A stretch of DNA of 64,000 nt from a virus (lineage: Duplodnaviria; Caudoviricetes): the IMG/VR virus record IMGVR_UViG_3300033555_000001, positions 224,001 to 288,000 of that record. One strand, written 5' to 3'. Below the pieces are notes generated by a model that had not been told where the DNA came from, ran no database searches, and saw only the letters and a program-made list of their open reading frames with translations. The translations under genes were made by a program, and so were the position numbers. Shown here piece by piece: positions 8,129-17,257 of the stretch. Each line of letters opens with the position of its first letter. The first letter of the stretch is position 1.

Positions 8129-10524
8129 ATACAATAATGCACGTAATAAAGCGTGATGGAACAAAAGAAGTTTTTGATTTGGCTAAATGGCAGAACCAAA
8201 TTGCAAAAGTTTGTGAAGGTGTGGCGGATGTCAGCCCATCAATGATTGAGATTGCCGCAAATCCGCATTTCAAAGATGGCATGACGACCAGCCAACTTGA
8301 TTCAATTGCACTCCGCGCAATGATTGACTTGATTGATGAGGAAGAAAATCCGGACATTGGCAATGTTAATTATCAGTACGTTGCCGGCAAACAGCGCATC
8401 AGTATGCTTCGCAAGGACGTGTACGGGCAGTACGAAGTCCCACGCTTATTTGGTATTGTTCAGAAAAACGTTAAGCTTGGTTTCTATACCAAAGATTTGC
8501 TGACGTGGTATACCGAAGCCGAGTGGGACGCCATGGAGCGCTTTGTTGATCACGACAAAGATGAACTATTCCCGTACGCTGCGGTAGACCAGCTGATTGA
8601 AAAATACTTAGTGCAGAATAGAGTCGCAGGCGGTGCAGTTCTTGAAACGCCGCAAGTACGGTACATTGTTGCTGCCGCTACAGCTTTTCACGCTGAGAAA
8701 AAAGATCGACTGCGCTGGGTTAAGGATTTCTATCAGTGCGCCAGCGAGGGCATGTTCACCATGGCAACGCCAGTCTTGGCCGGTCTTGGTACCCCAACAA
8801 AGCAATTCAGTTCTTGCGTGCTGATCAAATCTGATGACACGCTAAAATCTATTTTTGCCAGCGGTCAAATCATGGCGGACTACGCGTCTAAGCGCGCTGG
8901 CATTGGCCTAGATCCCGGCAAGATGCGCGCCATTGGAGCTCCAATTCGTGGGGGCGAAATCAAGCATACGGGCTGGGTTCCATTCCTGAAAAAGTGGTTT
9001 GCTGATTTGCGATCATGCTCGCAAGGCGGCATCAGAAATGCGTCCGCAACTATTACCTTTCCCTTCTGGCATCTGCAAGTTGAAGACTTGATTGTACTGA
9101 AGAATAATCAAGGCACTGAAGAAACACGAGTACGTCATCTAGACTATTGTGTTTCAGTAAGCGCATTCATGTGGAAGCGATTCCGCGAGCAGGGAACACT
9201 AACGTTCTTTGACCCTAGTGAAGTCCCGGAAATGTACGAGGCTTTTCACAGTGATCCAGTTGAATTTGAACGCTTGTACTTACAGAATGAGAAGCGCACC
9301 GACATTCGAACCAAGACACTAAGCGCTGAGTCTTTTGTAAAAGACATGTTGAATAAAGAGCGCTCCGATACTGGTCGTTACTACATTTTGAATGTTGATA
9401 ACGTTGCGCGACAAGGTCCATTCGACCCGGCAATTCACCCAGTATATCAAACAAATTTGTGCACGGAAATTATGCAGCACACCCGGCCATTTCAAACTGT
9501 TGACGATACATCTGGCCGTATTGCGCTGTGCACACTTGGGTCCATTAACATTGGTGCCGTTCGAAACCCAGAAGAGATGCGCAAACCTGCACGCGTACTC
9601 CACCGTTGCCTGCACAACTTGCTGCAGTATCAAGATTTTCTCTCTGTTCAATCTGATCTTCATAATAAAGAATTTGAACCGCTTGGTATTGGCATTACTA
9701 ATCTGGCGTACTGGCTTGCAAAGCGCAAGCTGAAATACGGTGAGCCTGAAGCACTTGCAGAAATTAAAAAATGGGTAGAGCACCTGTCATTTTATCTGAC
9801 TGATGCGTCAGTTGATCTGGCCAGAGAAAAAGGCCCATGTGAAATGTCCGCCAAGACACGCTATGGGCAGGGAATTTTTCCATGGGAAAATCGTGCAAAA
9901 GGCGTAAATGATTTAACAGACTTTACGCCTTCAGAAGATTTAGATTGGGAAGGACTCAGATCTAGATTGTTACTGTACGGTATCCGGAACGCCACGCTGA
10001 TGGCTATTGCGCCCGTTGAAAGTTCTAGCGTGGTCTTAAATTCCACTAATGGCATAAACATGGTGAAGCAATTGATCATCATCAAGGGATCTAAAGCCGG
10101 CGAATTTGCGCAAGTTGTTCCAGAGTACCGCAAGCTTAAAAAATATTATCAACTGTTGTGGGACCAAAAGGACTGCGTTGAGTACCTTAAAACTGTTGCA
10201 GTACTCCAAGTATACGTTGATCAGGGTATTTCAAGCGATACTTTTTATTCTCCAAAGCATTTCCCAGAGGGTAAAATTCCAGTAACACTAGTGCTCAAGA
10301 ATCTAATGCTAGCACATCATTGGGGTTTTAAGAGCCACTATTATTCGTTGATTGATAAGCAAGGCGCTGCTGAATTGTTGAAGGCGCAGGCAGCAGCATC
10401 AAATGCGGAAAATTCTATTAAACTTGTGGATACTTCAGGCTGGGATCTGATACCTGAAATGTATTCGTTTGATCCCACATCTGCAATTGGTGATGATGAG
10501 CACTGTGAAAGTTGCGTTTTATAA
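8125..10524 (+). CDS. nrdA: ribonucleotide reductase class Ia alpha subunit
   Basis: ATP-cone VIKRDG, FSSCVL, TNLCTEI active site, C-terminal CESC. Confidence 0.97.
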   Translation: MNTIMHVIKRDGTKEVFDLAKWQNQIAKVCEGVADVSPSMIEIAANPHFKDGMTTSQLDSIALRAMIDLIDEEENPDIGNVNYQYVAGKQRISMLRKDVYGQYEVPRLFGIVQKNVKLGFYTKDLLTWYTEAEWDAMERFVDHDKDELFPYAAVDQLIEKYLVQNRVAGGAVLETPQVRYIVAAATAFHAEKKDRLRWVKDFYQCASEGMFTMATPVLAGLGTPTKQFSSCVLIKSDDTLKSIFASGQIMADYASKRAGIGLDPGKMRAIGAPIRGGEIKHTGWVPFLKKWFADLRSCSQGGIRNASATITFPFWHLQVEDLIVLKNNQGTEETRVRHLDYCVSVSAFMWKRFREQGTLTFFDPSEVPEMYEAFHSDPVEFERLYLQNEKRTDIRTKTLSAESFVKDMLNKERSDTGRYYILNVDNVARQGPFDPAIHPVYQTNLCTEIMQHTRPFQTVDDTSGRIALCTLGSINIGAVRNPEEMRKPARVLHRCLHNLLQYQDFLSVQSDLHNKEFEPLGIGITNLAYWLAKRKLKYGEPEALAEIKKWVEHLSFYLTDASVDLAREKGPCEMSAKTRYGQGIFPWENRAKGVNDLTDFTPSEDLDWEGLRSRLLLYGIRNATLMAIAPVESSSVVLNSTNGINMVKQLIIIKGSKAGEFAQVVPEYRKLKKYYQLLWDQKDCVEYLKTVAVLQVYVDQGISSDTFYSPKHFPEGKIPVTLVLKNLMLAHHWGFKSHYYSLIDKQGAAELLKAQAAASNAENSIKLVDTSGWDLIPEMYSFDPTSAIGDDEHCESCVL

Positions 10525-10553
10525 AAGTTTGTAAAAGAATATAAAAGGTTAAA

Positions 10554-11642
10554 ATGACAAAGCACTATGATTTTTCAAGCTTGCCCGAGTACGGCAAACG
10601 CCAAATGTTTCTGGACGGGCGTGTAACTATTCAGCGTTATGACGACTATGCCTATCCAGTAATTGCAAAATACGAGGATACGCAACAGGGTTCTTTTTGG
10701 AGACCCACAGAAGTAAGTCTCACAAAAGACTCCATGGATTTTAAAGAAGCCAGTAAAGCGGTGCGCCATATTTTTACGGCGAACTTGCTGCGTCAAACCG
10801 CGCTTGATTCAATTCAGGGCCGAGCACCAGTTCAAATTTTTACTCCAGTTTGCGCCGTGCCTGAACTAGAGGCACTTGTCAACGCGTGGTCGTTTTTTGA
10901 GATTATCCACAGCCGGTCGTATTCGCATATTATTCGCAACATCTATAACGTGCCAAAAGATGAGTTCAATAAAATTCATGATACAAAACCAATCATTGAA
11001 ATGACTGCAACAATTGGCAAGTACTATGATGACCTGCACGCGCTGAACTGCAAGGTAGAACTTGGCCAGCCGGTAACCGAGTACGAGCACGTCAAGGCAA
11101 TTTACCTGGCACTTATCGCAAGCTACGGGCTAGAAGCAATCCGATTTATGGTAAGCTTTGCCACATCCCTGGGCATGGTAGAGAATAAGATTTTTATCGG
11201 CAATGGAAATATTATTGCTCTTATTCTACAGGATGAGATGCTGCATGCGGACTGGACTGCGTGGATCATTAACCGCGTGGTCAAAGACGATCCGCGTTTT
11301 GCTCAAGTTGCTCAGGACTGCAAACAAGAGGCCTATGACATGTTAATGGCCGTGATTGCTGAAGAAAAGGCATGGGCAAATCATATTTTTATTGAAGGCA
11401 CTGTGATTGGTATGAACGAAAAGATTATGTGCAATCACGTAGACTGGACAGCTCAAGATCGGTTAAAACAAATTGGCATGAAGTACGATGCTGGCATTAA
11501 GTCCGCGCCACTGCCGTGGTTCAGCAAGCACATGAATACGAACAAAAAGCAAACCGCACTGCAGGAAAATGAGAGTGTAGCGTATGTGATTGGTTCAATG
11601 ACTAATTCAGTAAATTACGACGACTTGCCGGTGCTGTCGTGA
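10554..11642 (+). CDS. nrdB: ribonucleotide reductase class Ia beta subunit
   Basis: Di-iron ligands LDSIQ, EIIHSRSY, LEAIRF, DEMLH; C-terminal QENESVAY. Confidence 0.97.
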   Translation: MTKHYDFSSLPEYGKRQMFLDGRVTIQRYDDYAYPVIAKYEDTQQGSFWRPTEVSLTKDSMDFKEASKAVRHIFTANLLRQTALDSIQGRAPVQIFTPVCAVPELEALVNAWSFFEIIHSRSYSHIIRNIYNVPKDEFNKIHDTKPIIEMTATIGKYYDDLHALNCKVELGQPVTEYEHVKAIYLALIASYGLEAIRFMVSFATSLGMVENKIFIGNGNIIALILQDEMLHADWTAWIINRVVKDDPRFAQVAQDCKQEAYDMLMAVIAEEKAWANHIFIEGTVIGMNEKIMCNHVDWTAQDRLKQIGMKYDAGIKSAPLPWFSKHMNTNKKQTALQENESVAYVIGSMTNSVNYDDLPVLS

Positions 11643-12160
11643 CCGCAAATTCAGTAAATGCAAAATCCCGCAGCCAGTTTAAAGTGCGGTTTACTGCTGT
11701 TGTTAATCGCTCTGGTGCCGAGTTAAAGCACGCACATGAGGTGTTAGGCGCCCTTGGCAATCATGTGCTGCAGTGCCACTTACCCTCAGAAGTTCTTGGG
11801 CACCCAACTCCGCCTAATACACCGATGGATGGTTTTAGACATCTTGTTACTCGCGATCCGGTGAAATTTGTCTTTCAAGATGACTTGGCAAACCTGGTGC
11901 AAGAGGCGCTGGCACTCTTGTGTGATAATTCTACAGACGCTATTTCGGCATTGGTTTACATACAAGGTCCATTTAACGCCGTGGTCGAGGCGTATTTCTT
12001 TGGTAGAATGAAGTTAGTACTACTTGAACACTCTGGCCTCTGCGTAAGTTCGCTGGCGCCAGTAACAAAAACGCTTATTGCCCAGCCATCGTACGTGCAG
12101 CACTGCGTATTCCCGGCTAACGATCAACCAACGGTTGATCAATTGTTATCTAACATTTAG
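11639..12160 (+). CDS. hypothetical protein, possible diverged tail-tube (gp19-like) paralog
   Basis: Pattern FKVRF...P...F.FQDD..N.V....VVEAY...L...PVT..L resembles myovirus tube proteins. Confidence 0.4.
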   Translation: MTANSVNAKSRSQFKVRFTAVVNRSGAELKHAHEVLGALGNHVLQCHLPSEVLGHPTPPNTPMDGFRHLVTRDPVKFVFQDDLANLVQEALALLCDNSTDAISALVYIQGPFNAVVEAYFFGRMKLVLLEHSGLCVSSLAPVTKTLIAQPSYVQHCVFPANDQPTVDQLLSNI

Positions 12161-12168
12161 GAGATTGG

Positions 12169-12432
12169 ATGTTTACTGTGTATTCAAAACCGGGCTGCCC
12201 AGCCTGTGAGCACACCAAAAGCTTGCTCGAAGAAAATGAAGCAGATTTTAATGTTATTCACCTTGACGTAGGACAGGGTCGAGTAAAATACCACACTTAT
12301 ATTTCCCGTGACGAATTGCTGGCGCAATTTCCTGGTACGCGCACACTTCCAGTGGTGGTACTTGGGAATACAAAAATTGGCGGCTACCCAGAACTAAAGG
12401 CTCACCTCAGAGAGAACAATGAAATTGTATGA
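12169..12432 (+). CDS. grx: glutaredoxin
   Basis: VYSKPGCPAC, TLPVV, IGGY. Confidence 0.92.
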   Translation: MFTVYSKPGCPACEHTKSLLEENEADFNVIHLDVGQGRVKYHTYISRDELLAQFPGTRTLPVVVLGNTKIGGYPELKAHLRENNEIV

Positions 12433-12859
12433 ATTGAAAGAAATTAGAGGCACTTACGTTGCCCTGCGACCAACCCCGGCCACTCTTGCGCTGGTGCTGG
12501 CGTGGGCACGTGAGAATAACGTTTCACTTGTCAGCGACCCGCACGTCACAGTGCTCTACTCAAGAGCGCCGTTACAGGTGTCGGCTAATCCAGCAGAGCA
12601 CTTAACAACCACCCTGCGGTTTGAAGCGTTTAACCCAAGCGCAGGCAATCAAGAAACCGCCATTGTGGTAGAACTTGTGGCACCTACTATTTCTGCTCGC
12701 CACGATGCGCTAATTAGAGCAGGTGGCACTCATGATTTTCCAGAGTACCGTCCGCACATGACACTGTTCTATGGAGATGCACCTGACTTGAGCCAGTTAT
12801 CGCCGATGAATTTTGGATTAACATTTGCGTTTGAATATTCTGAAGCATTAAGCGAGTAG
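12419..12859 (+). CDS. acb1: anti-CBASS 2H phosphodiesterase Acb1 (T4 57B-like)
   Basis: Two HxT motifs (PHVTVLYSR, THDFPEYRPHMTLFY), GTYVA start and EYSEAL end parallel T4 57B. Confidence 0.85.
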   Translation: MKLYELKEIRGTYVALRPTPATLALVLAWARENNVSLVSDPHVTVLYSRAPLQVSANPAEHLTTTLRFEAFNPSAGNQETAIVVELVAPTISARHDALIRAGGTHDFPEYRPHMTLFYGDAPDLSQLSPMNFGLTFAFEYSEALSE

Positions 12860-12966
12860 TATAGAGGCATTAGGTGACAAATAGCGGCGGGCTCTTAGAG
12901 CCCGTTTTGGTAACTGGGAACTATCACATAAATAGATATCCGAACATCTTTATATGTGAGCATAAA

Positions 12967-13470
12967 ATGGCAGTTGAACAAGCAGTTGAACCAGCAGCGT
13001 TAATAATAAACGCATTTGGATATAGTATAAATTTGGCAACTGTATTAGTTGCACTGTTAATCATTGGCGTTGTGTACGGTATCTACAAAGTGCAAAGTTC
13101 AACACGCCTTGATTTTGCTGATATGGTAACTCGAGACGGCAGCAAAGTATCGCTGTCAAAATTTTTACAACTGATTGGCGGGCTTGCTTGTACCTGGTTT
13201 ATTTTAAAGACCGGTCTTAACGGCACCTTGAGCGAGGGAATTTTTGGTATCTATCTTACCTTTATTGCTTCCATTGAAGGATTCAGTAAGTTTATGACTG
13301 CTAAGTACAACTACAGCGAAACATCAGTTCGTGATGCAAAGTCCCACGACGGCGATGATGAATCAGTGCAGGAATCTTTAAAAGAGGCCGCGACTTCTGC
13401 AGGTGAAGCAGCGCTGAACGCAAGAGAAGCTCAAACCACGGTTAAAAATATCGCCAGTGATTTGAAGTAA
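12967..13470 (+). CDS. membrane protein (holin candidate)
   Basis: ATG 12967 after TAAATA 12929-12934; three hydrophobic segments and a charged C-tail. Confidence 0.55.
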   Translation: MAVEQAVEPAALIINAFGYSINLATVLVALLIIGVVYGIYKVQSSTRLDFADMVTRDGSKVSLSKFLQLIGGLACTWFILKTGLNGTLSEGIFGIYLTFIASIEGFSKFMTAKYNYSETSVRDAKSHDGDDESVQESLKEAATSAGEAALNAREAQTTVKNIASDLK

Positions 13471-13477
13471 TTGTAAC

Positions 13478-13516
13478 CCGTGTGTATACTGTTACAACTT
13501 AGCAGTATACACGCGG
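13478..13516 (+). terminator. 17-bp hairpin with GU pairs
   Basis: CCGTGTGTATACTGTTA / TAGCAGTATACACGCGG. Confidence 0.5.
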
Positions 13517-13567
13517 TGGGATCAAGATATAATAAACATGTATTCTTTACTGATTAAGGGAGACACT

Positions 13568-13684
13568 ATGTTTCGCCATTTTTTCTGCAAGCTGCTTCGC
13601 AAAAATGAATCTGTTACTGTTGAACGGTTAACGCAATATGGGTTTCCTTATATTGCTCAAGTGTGTAAGTGCTGCGGAAAGTAA
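13568..13684 (+). CDS. small Cys-containing protein (38 aa, DUF1660-like pattern)
   Basis: Not in the ORF track; AAGGGAG RBS; MFRHFFCKLLRKN...CKCCGK. Confidence 0.55.
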   Translation: MFRHFFCKLLRKNESVTVERLTQYGFPYIAQVCKCCGK

Positions 13685-13702
13685 TATTGCTCACGTCTGG
13701 AG

Positions 13703-13909
13703 ATGACAATGAAGGGTTGGGGCGCTCAAGACGATTTTCAAGAACAAATCGAAGCAACGGTTAGTGACCGCTTATGGGCAGCCCGCGCAAATTTATCAAG
13801 ACCTGGTTCATTAGACTGTATTGACTGCGGTTATTCAATACCACGTGCTCGCAGACTTGCACTGCCCTCTGCACGGCGCTGCGTTCAATGTCAGTCTGAT
13901 TATGAATAA
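13703..13909 (+). CDS. DksA/TraR C4 zinc-finger protein
   Basis: CIDCG..IPRARR.ALP....CVQCQ. Confidence 0.88.
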   Translation: MTMKGWGAQDDFQEQIEATVSDRLWAARANLSRPGSLDCIDCGYSIPRARRLALPSARRCVQCQSDYE

Positions 13910-13910
13910 T

Positions 13911-13943
13911 TAGGTTGTAGTGCTCACTGTGTCAACCTATTTT
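13911..13943 (+). terminator. intrinsic terminator
   Basis: TAGGTTG/CAACCTA stem then TTTT. Confidence 0.55.
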
Positions 13944-14008
13944 CAAGCTTTATCTAATCTGTTATAAGATATAATCTAGCAATTAGCGTAGAGAATAAGC
14001 ACCACATA

Positions 14009-14443
14009 ATGAGACCTAAAAATAAACAACACAAGTTAGATATTCTGTTCATGGATCTTGCCGATCGAATTGGCCTGATGTCCTATGCAACACGGGCCAA
14101 GGTTGGCGCCATTGTGGTAAAAGATGATAACATTATTTCTATGGGGTGGAATGGTACCCCGTCTGGCATGGACAACTGTTGCGAAGTACTAGACGAAAAT
14201 GGAGTGCTGACAACAAAGCCAGAAGTACTTCATGCAGAGAGCAATGCGCTCATGAAGCTCTCCGCTGGCAGCTCCGTAGGAGCAAGTGGCGCCACCATGT
14301 ACTGTACTTATTCCCCATGTCCTGAGTGCGCAAAACTAATCAAGCAAGCAAAAATCCTGAGAGTTGTCTATCGTAACGTATACCGGCTGACCGATGGCAT
14401 TGACATGCTTAAAAACTTAAATGTGCAAGTTGATAAAATATAG
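14009..14443 (+). CDS. dCMP deaminase
   Basis: KVGAIVVKD, GWNGTP, HAESNAL, SPCPECAKLI. Confidence 0.93.
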   Translation: MRPKNKQHKLDILFMDLADRIGLMSYATRAKVGAIVVKDDNIISMGWNGTPSGMDNCCEVLDENGVLTTKPEVLHAESNALMKLSAGSSVGASGATMYCTYSPCPECAKLIKQAKILRVVYRNVYRLTDGIDMLKNLNVQVDKI

Positions 14444-14524
14444 TGTACAACCTGAAAAAGTTGTAGTACAATGGTTTTGTTGGTTAAATTTGATTGTCCT
14501 CTTTATAAAACTTTGGAGTTATCT

Positions 14525-14869
14525 ATGTCAAACGTTCTTCGCCGCCAGAATACAAATCGTGTTGACTTTGACCCACAAAACACTGAGCATGTGAAATCGC
14601 TGGAAAAGTTTCTTGTTACCGGTAATTGGGGTTCAGTTCAGTTCTTTCATGAAGAGCCCTACAATAACGTGCCAATGACTGTGCTGGTTAAATTTGCCCT
14701 TGCTGCCCTTGGTAACAAAAAAGCCGAAACCCCAGCAGAGCGCAGTACGCGTATACGCACGCAGTCGGCGGCCAATAAAACTGCACGTGCTGATAACGCT
14801 TCTGGCATAGGAGATTTTGGCGGACGCCGTGAAAACCGCACGACCGCCTCCCCCTTATTTCGAGCATAA
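14525..14869 (+). CDS. hypothetical protein
   Basis: ATG 14525 with GGAG RBS (track start 14471). Confidence 0.7.
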   Translation: MSNVLRRQNTNRVDFDPQNTEHVKSLEKFLVTGNWGSVQFFHEEPYNNVPMTVLVKFALAALGNKKAETPAERSTRIRTQSAANKTARADNASGIGDFGGRRENRTTASPLFRA

Positions 14870-15423
14870 TGAAAGAGCTTTTTACTGAACTTGCCGGTCG
14901 AACCTTGCGGTTTGACGGCGTCTCAATCCTCCACCCTTCACAAGTGGAGGATTTTTTGTTACGCGGTCTTGACGTTACACAAATCCGCGTATCCGAAATT
15001 TCTCCCGAAATAGAACAGTTTAATCAATGTGTTACCGAGGCCGAGCAGCTCTGCCTCTCGGCAAAAGAGCCGGTATCTTTTGATTTGTCATGGATTTTGC
15101 CGCCGGAGTTTTTAGCTCTTAATGTACAAGAACATGTGCTTAAAGTTTTTGAGGACAGAATACCAGGATTAAAATATTCAGACGAGGAGCTTGACCAAGC
15201 TGTTGAGAGAGTTGCTCTTGAATTAGAAGAGTATCAGGTCCGTGGGTTATACGATTTGCTGCGTGTCATCATTTATATACTGCACGTGTTTAAAGCTAAC
15301 AATCAAATCTATGGCGTAGGCCGAGGATCTTCCTGCGCCAGCTTTATTTTATTTTTGCTGGGGCTGCATGTCGTGGATTCAATTAAATTTGAAGTTCCAC
15401 TGGAAGAGTTCTTTCACGACTGA
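14869..15423 (+). CDS. DNA polymerase III alpha (DnaE)-like fragment 1
   Basis: YGVGRGSSCASFILFLLGLHVVD..K....EEF matches the DnaE GRGS region. Confidence 0.8.
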   Translation: MKELFTELAGRTLRFDGVSILHPSQVEDFLLRGLDVTQIRVSEISPEIEQFNQCVTEAEQLCLSAKEPVSFDLSWILPPEFLALNVQEHVLKVFEDRIPGLKYSDEELDQAVERVALELEEYQVRGLYDLLRVIIYILHVFKANNQIYGVGRGSSCASFILFLLGLHVVDSIKFEVPLEEFFHD

Positions 15424-16199
15424 TTGCCAATGCTCTTCCGCGCTTTTTGATCAAGTGACGGCCGATGAGCTGCTTTACCAATATCAAGAGAGGCTTTATA
15501 TCTAAAAATCTTGTCATTTAAATCAATATCCAAAGTGTTAGCAATTGGATCTAGAATTACAAGTTGATCTCCCCTCAACATTATATTACCTGAGTGAAGA
15601 TCCATAAAGTCAGTTTCACCGTCTATTAATTCAGAAATGTCAATATACGTTTTTACTAGATTAACAATATCTTTTGAAATGTCAGACGGGCCATGCGTGC
15701 GTCGAATGTTTGGGTATTTCTCTGGATCTAAACTGATAGCGTAACTGTATATTCTAGCCATGTAAACCTTTTCGTCAACGTTATCAGCTAGAATTTCTTG
15801 CAAATCGTTAAAATTTATTGTTATTTCCAAATCTGCAAAAATCCTAAATTTAACGTCGTGCGGGTTTTCTACTGGCGCCAACATTTCCAGCTTAATGTAC
15901 TGCACATAGTCTGGTGCATTTCTATCTCTTAGAAAAAATGCCGGCAACTTTTTAATTTTAGACTTAACGCGAGGCATTAACGGATTTGATTGATTAGCAA
16001 TCGCGTACCGTATAAACTTTTCATAAGCGCTGTCAAAATACCAAAATTTATACACGTCTGTTCCGTCAGTAAGAGCAACGGCATTGGCGCCCTTTTCTAA
16101 ATTTCTCAGAAATTTACCGGTCTGATCCATGTACCTTATTACGTCATTTGCGGTTTTGTCTGCAAACTTTTTAACGCCCAGCAATTCTTGTATTTTCAT
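15414..16199 (-). CDS. Ser/Thr protein kinase, T7 gp0.7-like
   Basis: KGANAVA glycine loop, VYKF lysine, DLHSGNIM catalytic loop, ILDPI; MKIQELL leader. Confidence 0.7.
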   Translation of the reverse strand: MKIQELLGVKKFADKTANDVIRYMDQTGKFLRNLEKGANAVALTDGTDVYKFWYFDSAYEKFIRYAIANQSNPLMPRVKSKIKKLPAFFLRDRNAPDYVQYIKLEMLAPVENPHDVKFRIFADLEITINFNDLQEILADNVDEKVYMARIYSYAISLDPEKYPNIRRTHGPSDISKDIVNLVKTYIDISELIDGETDFMDLHSGNIMLRGDQLVILDPIANTLDIDLNDKIFRYKASLDIGKAAHRPSLDQKARKSIGNQS

Positions 16200-16223
16200 A
16201 ATAGACCAATATTGTTAGTCCAA

Positions 16224-16275
16224 TATTTAGCGCTTAAAATCATCCCGGTGAACTGCCGGCCGGAAAAGATAAATA
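16224..16275. promoter_or_regulatory. divergent pair of putative late promoters
   Basis: TAAATA on minus (16224-16229) and on plus (16270-16275). Confidence 0.45.
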
Positions 16276-16316
16276 CACTACATGTCCATACCGGGCAATT
16301 CCAGGAGAATTTCTCA

Positions 16317-16550
16317 ATGCCAATCGCATCCCGTTCTGCGCGTGGTGACTTTGTAGACTTTGAACTACTTGCAATCAAAGCACAACTCGCATCAGTACCA
16401 GTTCCAAAACCAGTTGACGCCCGGCGCGTTGCCATTGAAGAGCGTGAAGGCTTAAAGCCTGCAGCAGCTCCGGCAATTGATGAGCTGCTTGCACTTGCAG
16501 CAGAATCGGCCAGTCAGTCAGCAAAAGCGGCCTCACCAAAGCGCAAGTAA
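16317..16550 (+). CDS. hypothetical protein
   Basis: ATG 16317 with AGGAG RBS (track start 16188). Confidence 0.7.
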   Translation: MPIASRSARGDFVDFELLAIKAQLASVPVPKPVDARRVAIEEREGLKPAAAPAIDELLALAAESASQSAKAASPKRK

Positions 16551-16643
16551 TACTGTCAACACGATTGTTTGTTATTTGACGCACGGTAGCAGACTATAAT
16601 CTACTGTACTCTGGCACACCACTACGGACCATACCCAAATTAT

Positions 16644-16964
16644 ATGCAAGCACTTACACCTATTGGTAACAACGTTTTATTTCAATTTCTTGACGAAACA
16701 CTTGGTGCTCAAGGCGCCTTTTCAGAGCGCACTAGATCGGGGCTTATTGTCCCAACGCTCATGAAGACGCAAAAGTGCGAGCGCTGGGGTCGTGTTACTG
16801 CCACAGGCGCAGACGTTACTGGCATTGCAGTCGGTGACCTTATTATGATTGAGCCACTCATGTGGACAAAGCACGTTGAATTCCAGGGTGAAAAAGTCTG
16901 GAAAACAAATACTGATAAGATCATGATGGTAAGCAATGATCTTGCAATGACGGTTCAATTCTAA
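16644..16964 (+). CDS. groES: GroES-like co-chaperonin 1
   Basis: LTPIGNNVL, SGLIVP, GRVTATG, VGDLIM GroES fold motifs. Confidence 0.8.
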   Translation: MQALTPIGNNVLFQFLDETLGAQGAFSERTRSGLIVPTLMKTQKCERWGRVTATGADVTGIAVGDLIMIEPLMWTKHVEFQGEKVWKTNTDKIMMVSNDLAMTVQF

Positions 16965-16972
16965 GGATAATC

Positions 16973-17257
16973 ATGGACATTCGCGCAACTCAAGACCGGG
17001 TACTTGTTGAACCACGCTTTGCTGAACAAACATCACTAGCCGGAATTTATCTGGGCGAGGGTGAAATGCTGAACGAGGGAACTGTACTCGCAGTCGGCCC
17101 AGGGCTGATGAACAAAGCAAAAACTGCTCACATTCCTGTTGGTGTTAACGTTGGCGATACTGTCGTCTTTGTAATTGGTGCGGGTGCCCAAACCACCGTT
17201 GGCCGTAACCGCGTGCTTGTATTGCGGGAGTCCGACGTTCTTGCCGTTCAAGAATGA
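16973..17257 (+). CDS. groES: GroES co-chaperonin 2
   Basis: DRVLVE, AGIYL, GTVLAVGPG, VGDTV, LRESDVLA. Confidence 0.9.
   Translation: MDIRATQDRVLVEPRFAEQTSLAGIYLGEGEMLNEGTVLAVGPGLMNKAKTAHIPVGVNVGDTVVFVIGAGAQTTVGRNRVLVLRESDVLAVQE

Noticed and set aside
8125-11642. Introns or inteins in nrdA/nrdB, uvsX or the helicase
   Set aside because: ORFs are contiguous and of normal length, with no Hint or homing-endonuclease segments.
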